NCBI GenBank assembly: GCA_040285855.1
Contig: JAUFOQ010000004.1
Span: forward strand, 930,001 to 994,000
Origin: Eukaryota sp. GEM-RC1
Taxonomy: Eukaryota
Direction: 5' to 3'
DNA length: 64,000 bases
Shown: in pieces, positions 60,865-64,000 of the stretch
How positions within the stretch are numbered: the stretch's first letter is position 1
Layout of the letters: every line of letters begins with the position of its first letter
Position numbers and translations under genes: made by a program
The notes under the pieces: generated by a model
Told to the model about the DNA's origin: nothing
What the model saw: only the letters and a program-made list of their open reading frames with translations
Database searches by the model: none

Positions 60865-61601
60865 TAGGGCTCCCAATTCACCCCACCCGAGTGACAAAAT
60901 ATTCACCCGGGTCGGGTTCACCCCACCCCGGGTGATGTCACCCATCAAAGATGTCTGGGGTGACCCGGGGTCGATTTAGCCTTGGGGTGGGGTGACCCGG
61001 GTGATATCCCATTTTATTGAAACATGATTTCATACATGTGTGCTGGATGTTGTATTTTTGGCTATATTTACATAATTATACATTTTTATCCAATTATATT
61101 CTCCATTTTCATCAATGTATAAAATCAAGGTCAAGAAATGACTTTTATACAACTGTTTAGTTGTGAATTGTCTATGGAACAAAAACAATAAGATAAATAC
61201 AAAAACTAGGACTCAATATAATTATAGCACATTCATTGCCATTGACACTCACATCAGCTTTTACTTCATAAAAAATACTGAGAGCTAATAGAGCTTTTGA
61301 AAACAAAATACGAATTATTTTAAGTATTGTAAAGACAATACGATTGAACCAAATCTAAAAAACAATTCCTTGTTCATACTTTTTGTAAATAGACTCTTCA
61401 TCTATGAGGACTTGTGTTAGTTCTTTGAATAGATAAAGTATTTCTAATTTCAAGTAATTTATTACATGCACAAGTTTCTATTTGTCATGGGTGAGCTGGG
61501 TGAAGCGGGTGACTTCACCCAGTAATAGGTTCGGGGTCACCCCGGGTGATTCTCAAAGATTGAGGATGGGGTCACCCCACCCGGGTGAATTGGGAGCCCT
61601 A
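60865..61601. mobile_element. hAT-like MITE E (737 bp)
   Basis: Perfect 19-bp TIR TAGGGCTCCCAATTCACCC, perfect TSD GTCCCAAT (60857-60864, 61602-61609), and CACCC/GGGTG subterminal arrays. Confidence 0.95.
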
Positions 61602-61749
61602 GTCCCAATACAGTTAACACCTACACTTCAACACGTGTTGGCCCAACACGCGTTGGATATGTCATTCTTCTTTGTCACTTTAATGAATTTGGGTAAATTT
61701 CTACTGTTCTTGATAAAACTGTATTGATTAAAGATGGAAAACTCAAGTT

Positions 61750-63020
61750 TACTCCAAAGTTTACTTAAACGTATGGATTATTGATGAGCTCTTCATGTTA
61801 TCAGTTCTGGAATCGTTGAAAATCAGTTCTAATTTATGAACTTGGTTCGGTTTAATATGAGCGAAAAATAGATGTGTTTTTCTGTTGGTTGATCTTAAAG
61901 TGAGTTATTCTGTTCTTCTATTCAGAATCTATTCAACACGTGGGGGGCTAAAGATTTGGTATCATCCTTGTCTCCTGAAATGTGGGAATCTTTGTTCCCT
62001 GCTCATTTGAAGGAGATTCCTTTAAAAAATATTTCATCTCTACCGTCTGCTGTATGTAAGCTGCAAAATAGATTGACAAAGAGTTTGAACTCTTGGACTT
62101 TAATAATCGTATTATCTTGGCTAAAACTAATAGTCCCGAGTTCGCTGCTTTTTTTAATTGATCTTTGTGATAGTGGACCTTCTGGATTTATTTCTCAAAT
62201 TCCAAAGGTGTATGGATTACACCTGTCTGTTGAAGCTTGGATGATCAATATGCGTCTTCGTTTGGCTATTTGGCCTGCAAATTTATTAAACTATTCAACT
62301 TGCTCTTGTGGAGCTAATGGTGTTTTTCGTCATTTAATTAATTGTCGTTATTTTATTCATCTACGTGCAATAATTCATGATGGTGTACGTGAATCTTGTT
62401 ATTCCATGTTTAAAGCACATGGTTTTCACTCTAAAGTTGAACCAGTTTTGAATCATCTTTCAGATAATGAATTTACTGATCACAAAAGAGGGGATCTACA
62501 TACTCCGTGGCTTAAATCGAGTCAATCATTAATGGATTTTGCTACAGTGGATGTATGTAACAAATCTTGTGTTAGTAGGATTTTAGATTCTTCTTTTAAC
62601 CCGTTAACAGCTGCTGAAAAGCTCAAACACTCCAAGTATGATCTTCAAGTTGAAGAATTAAATAGAAACTCATATTCCAAATTTGTGTTTCGACTTTTTG
62701 CTGTTTCTCTTTTTGGATCTATTAGTCCTGCTGGTGATCAATTTTTCAAGGATTTCGAAGAATTGTGTAAAGAAAAGAAGCGTAAGTTTAGAATGGTTGA
62801 ATGGAAAAACCGTATTGTGTTTTCCATATATCGGATTATGCCTTTCTATTTCTCAAGATTAATTGAGAAATTGTACAAGTTTGGTGTGAAGGTTAATGTT
62901 GATAAACGTAATCTTTTACCGGGTGGTGATGAAGTCGTTTGGATTTAATCTTAGTATTATTTGTTTGTTTTTACAATTTCATAGTTTGTAGGAAGGTTAC
63001 TTTATTGGGTGCCGAATAAA
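61750..63020 (+). mobile_element. 5'-truncated CRE/SLACS-like non-LTR retrotransposon (post-RT region, CCHC knuckle, REL endonuclease, 3' UTR)
   Basis: ORF 61956-62948: RLRL, CSCG....HLINC, HDGV, KVEP, RGDL, DF, AEKLKHSKY, FAVSLFG. AATAAA at ~63015. The 5' boundary is approximate. Confidence 0.75.
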
Positions 63021-64000
63021 GCTTTGTTCTATGAGTGTTTCGTATATTTATCAGAATGACGTCTATTAGTCGAGATTTTGCCTTTTGATTTTGTTTCAAT
63101 TTTGATTTCGTCAAACTCATACTGTCTTTGTTGGTACTTGGAGTCAAGCAGACAACAGTATAGGCGTTTTGGAGGAGTAGATTACATTTGTGCTTCAGTT
63201 GTTGTGATTATCGTTGTGATTATCGTTGAGATTATCAATGAATTACCACATGTCATTATAGAACATCATTCACCTAAAATTTGCACCTCTTCTACTTGTT
63301 CTCCGACCAGCAATAACAAGTTAGACCAGGTATCCTTGGTTACTGCACTGGTCACAATCAATAGTCTCAGTAGAAAATTCTTTTCACTGGGACTGATTTA
63401 TGTCTTACTTCATTTTGGACCGTTTGGGGGCTAATATCGTCAAACGTAAAATAGTTCAAGTAAGACTAAGTGTTGTGACTAGTTTACAATGCACAAAATA
63501 GAAATGTTGTGTTCCAAGAAGAGGAAGGATCATTTCCTAAAGTAGTATCAGCATTATTAATAATCCTTAATTAATGTTTCATCTGTTTGCTTATCGACAT
63601 AAATTCAACTTCATGTGTTGGAGTTTTATTGTGTATTAGTAAATCATTTTTTATTACTTGTACTTTTGTATTTTCGTGTGTATTTTTGTATTATTGTATT
63701 TTTAGAACAGGTGTTGCTTGTTTTTGACAGCTACGTTTAAATATAAAAAAATTCTCACCATGACTGTTGCGAAAGTTGTCTTAAGTCGGGTTATTTTGTA
63801 TTTTCCTGTATTAACTGAATTTTCCAAGTACGGTCCAAATAGAGAAATTAAAATATAAAAATTTATTAAACTAAACACATCAGAAATTCGTCACGTGTGT
63901 TAAAGGTTCAAAAATCAATCATGAGCCATCAGATCTTTCCCGTGTCAGTGACATTGAAGGAAAGTCATCACATTGGCAATCAATCATGATTTTTGAAGTA

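Noticed and set aside
223..63434. Numerous 60-130 aa ORFs antisense to or overlapping real genes
   Set aside because: They are shadow frames with no motifs, and many start at non-ATG codons.
1..64000. tRNA, rRNA or snRNA genes
   Set aside because: None recognised by eye. A covariance-model search would be needed to exclude them.

Overview
AT-rich, gene-dense eukaryotic (protist-like) genomic DNA with almost no introns. Only three very short GT-AG introns (28, 29 and 34 nt) can be supported. Most other ORF breaks fall on homopolymer runs and look like single-base long-read consensus errors. Host genes: a large RCC1-repeat protein, two NmrA-like paralogs, a ~4,000-aa multidomain surface/membrane protein, a BTB-SPRY protein, the selenocysteine elongation factor eEFSec head-to-head with CAF-1 subunit A, a probably inactive membrane-anchored papain-like protein, an SRI-like-domain protein, a GT21 glucosylceramide synthase, a type II membrane protein with a partial duplicate, and three RNI-like LRR genes. 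Mobile DNA is abundant: six distinct non-autonomous elements with 8-bp TSDs (hAT-like) and several fragments of a CRE-like, REL-endonuclease non-LTR retrotransposon. The main finding is a Fanzor (eukaryotic TnpB-like RNA-guided nuclease) at 24427-28316 (-). After three single-base homopolymer corrections it reads as one ~1,296-aa ORF with an intact RuvC D-E-D triad and Zn finger, fused in frame to an N-terminal, degenerate PolB-type 3'-5' exonuclease-like domain. A decayed relative lies near 5.9-6.45 kb.
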